64,000 nucleotides of DNA from contig CAVSUD010000016.1 of assembly GCA_963731055.1 (NCBI GenBank), positions 39,914 to 103,913 of the forward strand, in the 5' to 3' direction. Numbering within the stretch: the stretch's first letter is position 1; each line of letters starts with the position of its first letter. Source of the DNA: an uncultured Actinomycetes bacterium. Its GTDB lineage: Bacteria > Actinomycetota > Acidimicrobiia > Acidimicrobiales > CADCTF01. The notes below the pieces were generated by a model. The model searched no databases. It worked only from the letters and a program-made list of their open reading frames with translations, and was not told the DNA's origin. This document shows, piece by piece, positions 32,287 through 44,883 of the stretch. Both the position numbers and the translations under genes were made by a program.

Positions 32287-33567
32287 TCAGCCGCGGAGAT
32301 CGACGACGCGTTGGTCGCCGGAGCGACGCAGCCGGCCATCCATCGCCCGCGGGTCGAGCACGACGAACTGCGTCACCGACAGCTGGCGGTCGAGCTCGCG
32401 CAGCAGCCGGCCGGGGTGGCCGTCGACCTGAGGCACCACGAACACGATGAGCTCCTCGATGCCTTCGTGGATCCGGAGCTCGGCCTGCCAGGCCGCCACG
32501 CCCTCGTGGTCGTCGAGGATCCGGGCGAAGGGCGGGAGCGGGTTGCTGACCCGTAGGCGGGGCGACGTCCGACCGCACGACACGCACGCCGTGTCGTCGA
32601 CGCAGCCGTAGACGCCGGTGCGGAGGCGCAGGACCACCGAGCCCATCCAGCCGATCGGCGTCCACACCACCTCGCCGTCGGCCCCGGGCGGCGCCGCCTC
32701 CCCGGACAGCGGGTCGACCAGCTCCACCACCTCGGCGCCCGGCCAGGTGTGGACGTCGATGCCGTCGCGGCACTCGGTCCAGAGGGCGCGGACCCCGGGC
32801 GGCGCCCAGGCCGCGACGACCGCCACCGGCGCTCCGGGCCGGCCACCCAGCTCGGCCAGCCGCGCGCGGCGGGCCGGATCGAGCGGCTCGCCGATCACCA
32901 GCAACGTCGAGAGGCCGGCGAAGCTGAGGCCCGCCTCCCGGCCGTCGCGCAGGAGCCGGACGAGGTCGCCCGGCCGCCCGCACAGCACGCTGGGGCGGAG
33001 CCGGGCCACGTCGTCGGGCGAGGCATCGGCGCTCAGGAAGAGCGCCGGCACACCGGCTTCGCGAGCCCCGAGCTGGAGGTGCCAGAACCCGAGGGTGGGT
33101 CCCGGCGGGACGACGCTGACGAGCACGTCGGTCGAGCGAACGCCGGCCATCTCGAGGCTGCTCCGGCCGATCTCCCCCAGACGGTCGAGGTCCTCGGCCG
33201 AGTACGCGATCGGCACGGGCTCCGCGTGCCAGTGGATGGGCTTGTACCTCGGCTCCAGCACCCCGCGGTTGAACGCACCCGTGCGTCGGCGCACTCGAGC
33301 CCACCACCACTGCAGGCGCAGGCTGCGATCGGGCGCGGTGGCCAACGTCCCGGCCGTCGGGCGCAGCACGAGGTCGGCCGGATCGGTGACGTCGTCGAGC
33401 CGGGTCAGCGGCAGGGCTGCCAGTGCGTCGAGACCGTCGACGCTCCTGGAGCCGAGCGCATCGTGGTGGAAGCGCGAGAACGGGCCGACGTGGTGGCGCA
33501 CGTAGCGCGCCAACGCCCGGTCCTGCCCCCGACGCAGGCGCGCCGGGCCCTCGAACTCTCCGATCAC
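32287..33567 (-). CDS. PaaK-like adenylate-forming enzyme (phenylacetate-CoA ligase / F390 synthetase family)
   Basis: Intact 426 codons from GTG 33567 inside ORF 32287-34914. VIGEFEGPARLRRGQDRALARYVRHHVGPFSRFHH...YSAEDLDRLGEI...LVIGEPLDP...GEVVWTPIGWMGSVVLRLRTGVYG..CVSCGRTSPRL. The assignment is by overall pattern. Confidence 0.55.
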   Translation of the reverse strand: MIGEFEGPARLRRGQDRALARYVRHHVGPFSRFHHDALGSRSVDGLDALAALPLTRLDDVTDPADLVLRPTAGTLATAPDRSLRLQWWWARVRRRTGAFNRGVLEPRYKPIHWHAEPVPIAYSAEDLDRLGEIGRSSLEMAGVRSTDVLVSVVPPGPTLGFWHLQLGAREAGVPALFLSADASPDDVARLRPSVLCGRPGDLVRLLRDGREAGLSFAGLSTLLVIGEPLDPARRARLAELGGRPGAPVAVVAAWAPPGVRALWTECRDGIDVHTWPGAEVVELVDPLSGEAAPPGADGEVVWTPIGWMGSVVLRLRTGVYGCVDDTACVSCGRTSPRLRVSNPLPPFARILDDHEGVAAWQAELRIHEGIEELIVFVVPQVDGHPGRLLRELDRQLSVTQFVVLDPRAMDGRLRRSGDQRVVDLRG

Positions 33568-33681
33568 GGGCCGAACGGTAGCCGGGCGGCTCTTTTCGCC
33601 CGGACCGGCCGTGGATGCGTACAGAAGGTGCCGCGCGTTGCCTACGGTGGGGCCAGTGGCACCCGCAACGTCGCATCCCGG

Positions 33682-34671
33682 ATGAGCCAGCTCCGCCTCG
33701 ACCCCTTGACGGGGCGTTGGGTCGTGATCAGTGCCGACCGGGCCGACCGACCGCAGCCCTTCGCCTCCCGGGCGTTGCCGGCCCAGGAGGACCCGGGTGC
33801 GCCGTGCCCGTTCTGCCCCGGGAACGAGGAGGCCACCCCGCCCGCCCTCGAGACCTACGGCCCGCAGGGCGACTGGCTCGTACGGGTGGTGCCGAACCTC
33901 TATCCGGCCTTCTCCGGCCGCGAGCTCATGTCCGTGACGAACATCGGTCCGGTGTTCACCCAGGCGCCGGCCAGCGGCATCCACGAGGTCGTGGTGTTCT
34001 CGCCCGGCCACGACATCAGCTGGGCCGATCTCACCGATCCGCAGGCCGGGTTGGTCATGGCTGCCATCCGCGACCGGATCGAGGAGCACTCGGCCGTCAC
34101 CGGACTGCGCTACAGCCAGTTCATCGCCAACTCCGGACGCGAAGCGGGTGCGTCGCTCGACCATCCCCACGGCCAGTTGCTGGGCATGCCGTTCGTGCCC
34201 GGTGAGCTCGTCGACGAGCAAGCCGGCTTCGGGCGCTTCCAAGGCGCCTGCCTGCTCTGCACCACGCTCGACGCGGAGGAGGAGTCGCGGCACCGGGTCG
34301 TGGCGGCCGATGATCGCGTCGTCGTGATCTGCCCCTTCTGGAGCGGCACCCCGTACGAGATGCTCGTCCTGCCGCGCGCGCACGAGCCGTTCGTGCACCA
34401 CGCCCAGCCCCAGGACCTCGCCGCCGTCGGCCGCGCCGTCCGCGACGCGCTGGCCCGGCTGCGCCGCACCGTCGGCACGGTCGGGTACAACATCGTCCTG
34501 CACTACTCCCCGTTCCGCGCGACGGCCGACTTCCACTGGCACCTCCACCTGCTGCCGAAGGTCACGACGATCGCCGGCTTCGAGCTCGGCACCGGCGTGC
34601 TCATCAACGTGCTGCCGCCGGAGTTCGCCGCCGCCGAGCTGCGGGCCGCCGTCCCCCAAACCGCCTCCTAG
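33682..34671 (+). CDS. galT: galactose-1-phosphate uridylyltransferase
   Basis: Intact. MSQLRLDPLTGRWVVISADRADRP...CPFCPGNE, ASLDHPHGQLLGMPF (HPH active site), FHWHLHLLPK. Confidence 0.9.
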   Translation: MSQLRLDPLTGRWVVISADRADRPQPFASRALPAQEDPGAPCPFCPGNEEATPPALETYGPQGDWLVRVVPNLYPAFSGRELMSVTNIGPVFTQAPASGIHEVVVFSPGHDISWADLTDPQAGLVMAAIRDRIEEHSAVTGLRYSQFIANSGREAGASLDHPHGQLLGMPFVPGELVDEQAGFGRFQGACLLCTTLDAEEESRHRVVAADDRVVVICPFWSGTPYEMLVLPRAHEPFVHHAQPQDLAAVGRAVRDALARLRRTVGTVGYNIVLHYSPFRATADFHWHLHLLPKVTTIAGFELGTGVLINVLPPEFAAAELRAAVPQTAS

Positions 34672-35115
34672 GTGGGACGGATCCGCGTCGCCACCACGAT
34701 CGACGCGCCGCCGGCGCGCGTCTGGGACGACATCAAGGACATCGCCTCCCACGTGGAGTGGATGGAGGACGCCGTCGCCATCCGCTTCACGTCCCGCCAC
34801 CGATCCGGGGTCGGCACGGCCTTCGACTGCGACACCAAGGTCGGCCCGATCCGACTGACCGACCGCATGGAGATCACCGAGTGGAAGCCCCGACGGGTGA
34901 TGGGCATCCGCCACGTCGGCCTCGTCACGGGCACCGGCCGCTTCACGCTCCGGCGGCGTCGGGGCGGGCGCACCTCGTTCCGGTGGGAGGAGCGCCTGGT
35001 GTTCCCGTGGTGGATGGGCGGTCCGATCGGCGCCGAAGTCGGCGGGGTCGTGCTGCGCCTCGTGTGGAAGCGGAACCTCCGTAACCTGAAGCGCCGTTTC
35101 GCCGAGCCCTCCTGA
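34672..35115 (+). CDS. SRPBCC (polyketide cyclase/START-like) family protein
   Basis: Intact 147 aa. IRVATTIDAPPARVWDDIKDIASHVEWM...ITEWKPRRVMGIRHVGLVTGTGRFTL. Confidence 0.75.
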   Translation: MGRIRVATTIDAPPARVWDDIKDIASHVEWMEDAVAIRFTSRHRSGVGTAFDCDTKVGPIRLTDRMEITEWKPRRVMGIRHVGLVTGTGRFTLRRRRGGRTSFRWEERLVFPWWMGGPIGAEVGGVVLRLVWKRNLRNLKRRFAEPS

Positions 35116-35121
35116 CCGTCG

Positions 35122-37474
35122 TCAGATGACGAGGCCGAGGGCGGAGGCGAGCGGGAGCAGCTCGTCTCGGCCGTCGTGGGTGACGGCGTCGAACACCAGC
35201 TCCTGGGCTCGTCCGACGACCGGCACCATGCCGAGCGACCCCGACAGCAGGAGCAGGGCCTGCACCTCGACCAGGCGCGAAGGCTCGACGATCGCCCGCT
35301 CGACGGCGACGAGGATCACGCGGTCGATCGCCGCCTGCACCGTGGGCACGTACAGGGTCACACCGTTGGCTCGGGCCTCGCGCACGATGGCCAGCGCGTC
35401 GCTGTAGTCCTCGGGGTGCAGCGAGGAGGCGGCCGTGGACACCGACGCCTCGAGCCGCCGCGCCAGCGCCAGCTCGGCCGGCGCCCGGAGCTCGGGGGGC
35501 AGCTGGTAGCCGGCCGCGGCGAGGGCCGTGAGCGTCGGGCGGTGGTCGGCGAACAGCTGGTCGTAGGCGCGGGCGAAGCGGTACGACAACGTGCGGGCCG
35601 CTCCCTCGAGGATCTGGTCGGCGGCATCGGGAAGCGCCGACCCGAGACCGAACTCGCGGGGGCCGAAGCCGTCGCTGACCAGCCGCAGCAGGGTGGTCAC
35701 CGGCGCGTCGGCGGCGAAGGCCAGTTGCAGGCGCTCGAACTCGGCCTCGTCGAAGAGGCCCGGCGCCCGCGTCGCTCCGAGGACCTCGAGGCCGCCGAGG
35801 TGGAGCGCGGCGTAGACGTGCTCGGAGCGCCGCCCCGTCCGGCGGTGGGTGAGGGTGAGCGAGCCCCAGCACATGGCGAACGCGCCGCGATCGCGGTGCC
35901 CGTGCTGGCCGACGGCGACGTCGAACACGGTGACGCGAGGCGCCGGCTCCCGTCCCTCCAGCAGCTCGACGAGGGCCAGGTGGGCGACGACCCGCTCCGC
36001 GTCGACCCGCGCCGGCTCCACGTGGCGGTGCCAGATGTCGCGCCCGGTCGCCCTCCTCGCGACGTTGCTCTCGGCGCCGCCCAGCACGTCGAGGAACTCG
36101 GCCATCGGCGGACGGGCTCGCCGAGCTCGGCCAGGCAGGTCGATGGCCCGGGCCGCGTAGCGCAGGACCTGCACCGTCTCGAGGCCGGCGAGGTCGTTGA
36201 AGAACCAGCCGCACGACGTGTACATCGCCATGGCGTGGCGCGGCGCCTCGAGCAGGGTGAACGCCGTGACGCGGTCGCCCGGGCACATCCACGGCGGCGA
36301 ACTCCTCGCGCGATCGACGGCGCCGATGGAGCACGTCGACGTAGGCGTCCCGGGCCGCCCACGGGTCGCGCAGCACGGCCGCGCCCCGCCGCTCGAACAC
36401 CTCGTCGACGGCGTCGCGCAGCAGGTCGAGCGCGGCCCGCAGCGGCGCCCGCCAGCGCTGGTTCCAGCCCGGGCTCGCCGCCGGTGGAGCAGCCGCAGTC
36501 CTCCTGCCAGCGGCCGACGCCGTGGGCGCACGACCAGGCGCTCTCGTCGACCCGCGCCTCGTCCTCGGGCGGGTGCGCTCGCAGGTAGGCCGCCGACGGT
36601 GGTCGACCTCGAGGCCCCGGCTGGGCGCCTCGACGGCGAGGGCGTAGGCAGGACCCGCTCGGCCCAGTGGTGGTGGTGGCCGAACGTCTCGCCGTCGGTG
36701 GCGATGGTGACGAGGCCCCGTCCTCGCCGCCGGCCGCCTGCACCCGGTCGACGAGGCCCTGGCTGCGTCAGGCAGCTCGAGGCCGAAGGCGAGGTCGTGG
36801 GAGAGGCCGCCGTCGTAGACGACGAGGTCGACGCCGAGCTCGGCGCCGGCGGGTGACCCAGCGGTCGGCCGGCTGGTGTCGATGCCCCATCGGGCCGACG
36901 TCGCGCACCGCCCGTCGGTGCCGCACCGAGCGGCGCGGACGGCGGCGACCTGGCCGGGCGCCAGGATCGGTGAAGCCGACGCCCTCCTCGGCCAGGACGG
37001 CGAGCACGGCGTCGTTGACCGCGCGTCTCCGGCAGCCACATGCCCTCGGCCTCGCCGGCCGAAGCGGTGGCGGAAGTCGGCCAGGCCCCAGCGCACCTGG
37101 GTGCGCACGTCGCGCTCGGTGGCCAGCGGCAGGATCAGGTGGCTGTAGGCCTGGGCGATGCCACCGCCGCCGGCGGTCGCCCTCGACCATCCGCCGGTAG
37201 ACGTCCGGGCGCGTGCTCCTCCAGCCACGACAGCAGCGTCGGCCCGATGTTGAAGCGACAGGTGCTCGTAGTTGTCGACGATGCCGACGACCCGGCCCCG
37301 CTCGTCGACGACCCGGGCGAAGGCGTTGGGCCGGTAGCACTCGGCGGTGATCCGCTCGTTCCAGTCGTGGAACGGCGCCGCCGACGGCTCCCGCGGCACC
37401 TCCTCCGTCCACGGGTTCTCCCGGGGCGGTTGGTAGAAGTGGCCGTGGACGACGAGTGCCAGCGGTCTTGACGA
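35122..37474 (-). CDS. glycoside hydrolase family 57 protein with DUF3536-type C-terminal domain; many frame breaks in the 5' half; start unresolved (~37460-37475)
   Basis: LALVVHGHFYQPPRENPWTEEVPREPSAAPFHDWNERITAECYRPNAFARVVDERGRVVGIVDNYEHLS (GH57 N-terminal signature). The C-terminal part is intact in ORF 35122-37041 (AMAMYTSCGWFFNDLAGLETVQVLRYAARAIDL...). Confidence 0.8.
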
Positions 37475-37508
37475 CCCTGGCGAAGCTACCCCGCGGGTCG
37501 CCGTCGGG

Positions 37509-39788
37509 CTACGACCCAGCCTGCTCCTCGGGGACGAGCCAGAGCACCGAGGGGCGGGAGGGTCAGCGACGGCCGAGTGGGGCAGGCCGTGCCACGGGTC
37601 GCCGTCGGCCGAGACCGCAGCCGCCGTTGCCCGACGCCGGTGCCGCCGAAGTCGGCGGCGTCGGTGTTCAGCACCTCCCGCCACCGCCCACCGCGGGCAG
37701 CCCGATCCGGTAGCCGTCGCGGGCACGGGCGTCAGGTTGGCGATGCAGGCGAGCGTGCCGCGTCCCGTCGGCTCGTGATGCGCAGGAACGAGAGCACGTT
37801 GGGTCGGCGTCGCTGGCGTCGATCCAGCGGAAGCCGTCGGGCGTGAAGTCACGCTCGAACAGCGCCGGCTCGTCGCTGATAGGCTGGTTCAGCTCGCGGA
37901 CGAGATCGCTGGACGCCGCGGTGGCTCGTCGTAGTCGAGCAGGTGCCAGTCGAGGCGAGACGTCGTGGGACCACTCCCGATCACTGGGCGAGCTCGCCGC
38001 CCATGAACAGCAGCTGCTTGCCCGGGTGGGCCCACATCCAGCCGTACAGGGCCCGCAGGTTGGCGAGCTTCTGCCACCGGTCGCCCGGCATCTTGTTGAG
38101 CAGCGAGCCCTTGCCGTGCACGACCTCGTCGTGGGAGAGCGGCAGCACGAAGTTCTCGCTGAAGGCGTAGAGCAGGCCGAAGGTCAGCTGGTGGTGGTGG
38201 AAGCGGCGGTGGATCGGGCTCCTTGGAGAAGTACTCGAGCGTGTCGTGCATCCAGCCCATGTTCCACTTGAAGCCGAAGCCGAGGCCGCCGACGTAGGTC
38301 GGGCCGGGAGACGCCGGGCCACGCCGTCGACTCCTCGGCGATGGTCATCACGCCGGGGTGCTCGCCGTAGACGACCGCGTTCATCTCCTGGAGGAACGAC
38401 ACGGCCTCGAGGTTCTCCCGGCCGCCGAGCACGTTCGGCACCCACTCGCCCTCCTTGCGGGAGTAGTCGAGGTAGAGCATCGAGGCCACGGCGTCGACCC
38501 GCAGACCGTCGATGTGGAACTCCTCGATCCAGTACAGGGCGTTGGCGATGAGGAAGTTGCGCACCTCGTTCCGGCCGAAGTTGAACACGAGCGTGCCCCA
38601 GTCGGGGTGCTCGCCCTGGCGGGGGTCGGCGTGCTCGTAGAGCGCGGTGCCGTCGAAGCGGGCCAGCGCCCAGTCGTCCTTCGGGAAGTGGGCCGGCACC
38701 CAGTCGACGATCACGCCGATGCCGCGCTCGTGGAGCTGTCGACGAGGTAGCGGAAGTCGTCGGGCGAGCCGAAGCGGGACGTCGGGGCGTAGTACGCCGG
38801 TCACCTGGTAGCCCCACGACCCGCCGAAGGGGTGCTCGGCCACCGGCATGCAGCTCGACGTGGGTGAAGCCCAGATCCACGAGGTAGGCCGGAAGCTGCT
38901 CGGCCAGCTCGCGGTAGGTCAGCGGCCGGTCGCCCTCCTCGGGCTGCGGCGCCACGAGCCGAGGTGGACCTCGTAGACGGAGATCGGCCGCGTCATCCAG
39001 TCGGTCTCGCGCGCGGCGGGCGAGCCAGTCGTCGTCGCTCCACTCGTAGTCGGACGTGCACGTGACCGACGATGCTGGCCCTGCCGGGCGGGACCTCGGT
39101 GGCGAAGGCCATCGGGTCGGCCTTCAGGGTGAGCGCGCCGGCGGCGTCGAGGACCTCGAACTTGTAGCGGGCGCCGGGCTCGACGTCGGGGAGGAACAGC
39201 TCCCAGACGCCGGTGGAGCCGAGCGCGCGCATCGGGTGGAGCCGGCCGTCCCAGCCGTTGAAGTCGCCGACGACCCGCACGGCCTTGGCGTTGGGGGCCC
39301 ACACCGCGAACGACGTGCCCGTCGGCCCCCTGGTGCTCGCGGTGGTGGGCGCCCGAGCATGCTTCCACAGGTCGTGGTGACGGCCCTCGCCGAACAGGTG
39401 GAGGTCGAGCTCGCCGAGCGTCGGCCAGAAGCGGTACGGGTCGCCGACCTCGACCGTGTCCCCCGTCGGGTAGGCGACCTGCAACCGGTAGCCGTCGTCA
39501 CCCGCCGTCGCCGGCACGTCGCCGGCGAAGACGCCGGCGTCGTGGATCCTCTCGAGCGGCGCCGTCGTGCCGTCCGCCAGCACGACCTCGACGGCCGTGG
39601 CGTCGGGCCGGTAGGCCCGCACGACGGTGCGTCCCGTCCGTGTGGAGGCCGAGGACGCGGTGCGGGTCGCCGTGCTCCCCTTGGACGAGCCGCGCCAGCT
39701 CCCCGGCGACAGGATCCGGAACGTCGGCCTCGGCGGCTGCCGAGGCGACTCGGGCGCGGACGAACGGGGCGTACGGGCCATTCGGCAC
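37509..39788 (-). CDS. glgB: 1,4-alpha-glucan branching enzyme; many frame breaks
   Basis: [163 protein letters not shown]-terminus [19 protein letters not shown], stop at 37509. Confidence 0.92.
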
Positions 39789-39790
39789 TC

Positions 39791-41107
39791 CTACCCAGGA
39801 AGGAGCGGTGCGATGGCGGCCTGCGGGATCTCGACCCAGTCGGGCCGGTGGCCCGCTCGTAGGCCACCTCGTAGACGGCCTTGTCGAGCTCGAAGGCCGC
39901 CAGACGCGGCGAGCGGTGTCGTCGGGCGTCGGCGGCAGGAGGGCCTCGATGCCCTCGGTGGTGAGGTAGCCGTCGAGGAACGCGTCGCGGTTGCGCTGCT
40001 CCCACGCCGCCGCCTTGCCCGTCAGGACCTCCAGCTCGACTCCTCGCGCTCGCGCAGGGCCACCGCGGCGGCGTAGTCGAACGAGCGGAGCATGCCGGCG
40101 ACGTCCTTCAGCGGCGACGACGGCGCGCCGGCGCTCGTCGAGCGGGCGGGCCGGCTCGCCCTCGAAGTCGAGGACGAACCAGCCGGCGTCGGTGCGCAGG
40201 ACCTGACCGAGGTGGAAGTCGCCGTGGACGCGGATCGCGCGGCCGGGCGACCTCGATCGACCGCAACCGCTCGAACGCTGCGTGCGCCGCCGGGTTCCAG
40301 GTCGCCTGCGGCCCCGACCCGCTCGAGCTGGCGCGTCCATGAGGCCGGCCCACGCCGCCGGGTCGGCCGTGCGCGGCCCCGAAGGCGTCGGCCAGCGCGA
40401 CGTGCATCTCGGCCGTGACCTGACCGAGCCGACGGGCTTCGGCTCCGAAGTCACCGCCGCATCCCGCGGGTCGTCGCACTCGCTGCCGAACATGTCGCGC
40501 AGGGAGGTGAGCGCCAGGGCCCAGCCGTCGGTGCCGCCGGCCAGGAACGCCTGGACGACGGCCAGGTCGGCGCCGCCCTCGGTCCAGGTGGCGACCGGTG
40601 CGGCCACGTGCTCGAAGCCGGCCTCGGCCAGCGCCGCCGTGACCTCGACGTCGGGGTTCGGGCCCTCGTGGATGCGGCGGAACACCTTGAGCACGAGCCG
40701 CTCGTCGAAGACGAGCGACGTGTTCGACTGCTCGACCCCCAGGGGCCGGACGCGGTCCGCCTCCTCGTCGGGCGCGATGCGGCCCGAGCAGGGCCGTGGT
40801 CAGCTCGGGATCGAGCAGCGGCGTCGTAGCACGGCGCCGTCCAGCCGGTCGACGTCGCCGAGGATCGTCCACCTCGTGGCCGCGCAGGAAATCGGTCGTC
40901 GACCGCCGTCGGCCGCAGCCCGAGCAGCAGCTGGTACCGAGGCGCCGTCGTCGGCCTCGGACCAGCACCCGGTGCGAGCGCGGTCCATCGCTCGTACGCC
41001 GTCGATCGACCACCTCCACCGACGGTCGGCGGCCGGTCGCCGCGCGAACCAGCGCTGCTGGGCGAGGTAGGCCGCGAGGAGCGGCTGCCAGCGTCGTCGA
41101 GTCTCGA

Positions 41108-41111
<4 letters not shown>
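39791..41111 (-). CDS. mak: maltokinase (stand-alone, not fused to TreS); frame breaks
   Basis: GTG 41111 overlaps the treS stop (GTGA). VIETRRRWQPLLAAYLAQQRWFA, LKVFRRIHEGPNPDVEVTAALAEAGFEHVAAPVATW, IRVHGDFHLGQVLRTDAGWFVLDFEGEP, AAFELDKAVYEVAYE. Confidence 0.85.
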
Positions 41112-42798
<1,687 letters not shown>

Positions 42799-42799
<1 letters not shown>

Positions 42800-44764
42800 C
42801 AGCTGCAGGGACCGCAGGTGCAGGACGTGGGCGGACCTGCTGGCACGGGTCGAGCCGCACGTACGGCGCCGCGCCCTGCCAGGTGAAGGCCTGCTCGATC
42901 AGCTCGTCGAAGGCCTCGAACGGGTCGGTCCCACGGGAGGCCGAGCTCGTCGAGGTCGAGGCCGAGCGTGCCCTCCTGGGTCGTTCACGGGTCGAGGTTG
43001 CACGACCACGAGCACGACGTCCGCTGCCGTCGTCGGCGGCTTCGAGTAGGCGAGGATCTGTCGTTGTCGCTGCGGTGGAACGAGATGTTGCGCAGCCGCT
43101 GCAGCGCCGGATGGCGTCGGCGGATGTGCGTTCAGCTGCCGTCAGGAGCGCAGCGATCGAGCGCGGGTCGTCCCAGTCACGGTGCCTTGAGCTCGTACTT
43201 CTCGGAGTGGAGGTACTCCTCGTTGGCATCGCGACACGGCTCGTTCTCGCATCAGCTCGAAGCCGCTGTAGATCCCGCAGGACGGCATCAGCGTGGCGGC
43301 CAGCACCACCCGCAGCTGGAACGCGCCGGCGCGCCGTTGCGCAGCGGCCCGGCGAGGATGTCGGGCGTGTTGGGCCAGAAGTTCGGCCGCATGTAGTCGG
43401 CGCGTTCGGCCGTGCGCCACCTCCTCGAGGTACTCCGTCGAGCTCCTCGCTCGTTCGTGCGCCAGGTGAAGTAGGTGTAGCTCTGGCTGAAGCCGACCTC
43501 GGCCAGCTTGGCCATCACCTTCGGCCGGGTGAACGCCTCGGCGAGGAACAGCACGTCCGGGTGGTCCTGCTGGATCGCCGGCGATGCACCCACTCCCAGA
43601 ACGCCATCGGCTTGGTGTGCGGGTTGTCGACGCGGAAGATGCGGACGCCCTGGTCGATCCAGAAGTCGAGGATCTCCTTGCACGCCTCCCACAGCGCCAT
43701 CGCGGTCGGCCTCCTTCGTCCGGCCAGAAGTTGATCGGGTAGATGTCCTGGTACTTCTTCGGCGGGTTCTCGGCGTAGGCGATCGAGCCGTCGGGCCGGT
43801 GGTGGAACCACTCCGGGTGCTCCGTCGACCCAGGGGTGGTCGGGGCAGCACTGCAGGGCGTAGTCGAGGGCGATCTCCATGCCGAGCTCGTCGGCCCGGC
43901 GCGCACGAGGGCCTCGAAGTCCTCGAGCGTGCCGAGGTCGGGGTGGATGGCGGTGTGCCCGCCCTCGGGGCCGCCGATGGCCCACGGGCTGCCGGGGTCG
44001 TCCGGCCGGCCGTCGAGCGTGTTGTTCGGGCCCTTGCGGTAGCTGGCGCCCGATCGGGTGGATCGGCGGGAGGTAGACGACGTCGAAGCCCATGTCGGCG
44101 ACGGCCGGCAGCCGGTCGTGGGCGCCGACGAAGCCGCCCTCCGATCCGGGGAAGAGCTCGTACCAGGCGCCGAACAGCGCCCGCTCGCGGTCGACCCACA
44201 GCGGGTACGGCCGCTGCGGGTGATGGCACTCGTTGTTGTTGATCGGTCCGTCGAGCAGCTGCTCGACGACGGGCGTCAGCGCCGGCGCCGAGGCGCTCGT
44301 GCGCGGCGCCGGCGGCGTCGCGCAGGCTGCGGGCGACCATCTGGAGGTGGGCCTGGTCCTCGGTGCGGTCGGCCTCGAGCTTCTTGGCCCGCTGCTCGAC
44401 GAGGCGGGCCCCTTCCTCGAGCTCGGTCTCGACGTCCTGCCCGGCGCCGAGCTTGGCCTCGGCCTTGTGGCGCCAGGTGGCGAGCGGTCCGTCCACGCCT
44501 CGACCAGGAACTCGTGGCGCCCGAGGGTCGTCGGCGCGATGGTCGCGTCGCCAGCGGTCGTAGGCCGGCGTTGGCCACCCCGAGGCGGGCTTCGTTCCAG
44601 TTCTTCTTGTCCACCGGCCGCCACAGAACCCGGCCGGCGAGGATGTCGTGGCCGTCCTTGAAGATGTCGGCGCTGACCCGACCTGCTCGCCCACCACCGC
44701 CTTGGCCGGGTACGCGAGTGGGCGTGCGGGGCCGGACGTCGTCGATGACGATGCGTCCGATCAC
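42799..44764 (-). CDS. glgE: alpha-1,4-glucan:maltose-1-phosphate maltosyltransferase; many frame breaks; 3' end approximate (TGATG junction with treS)
   Basis: [16 protein letters not shown]...[120 protein letters not shown]. Confidence 0.9.
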
Positions 44765-44808
44765 CCGTTGGTGCCTACCACGGGGAGCGGCCCGATGAAA
44801 CCTTGCTC

Positions 44809-44870
44809 TCGGCCTCGCTCTGCGGGCGCCGCCCTCCGGGCCGAAGGCCTTGCCGCTCGGCGGCCCTACG
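44809..44870. repeat. degenerate copy of the 78-bp repeat family, in the glgE/glgP divergent intergenic region
   Basis: TCGGCCTCGCTCTGCG (44809-44824) is identical to 16 nt of the 13.2-kb unit. A second shared block, CCGCTCGGC, follows with a different spacing. Confidence 0.45.
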
Positions 44871-44883
44871 ACGTTGCCCCCCG

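Noticed and set aside
33568-34914. The upstream half of the 875-aa ORF 32287-34914, which would extend the PaaK-like protein by about 450 residues.
   Set aside because: This part is exactly antisense to the intact, motif-rich galT gene and has no recognisable domains. An in-frame GTG at 33567 gives a normal-length PaaK-like protein.
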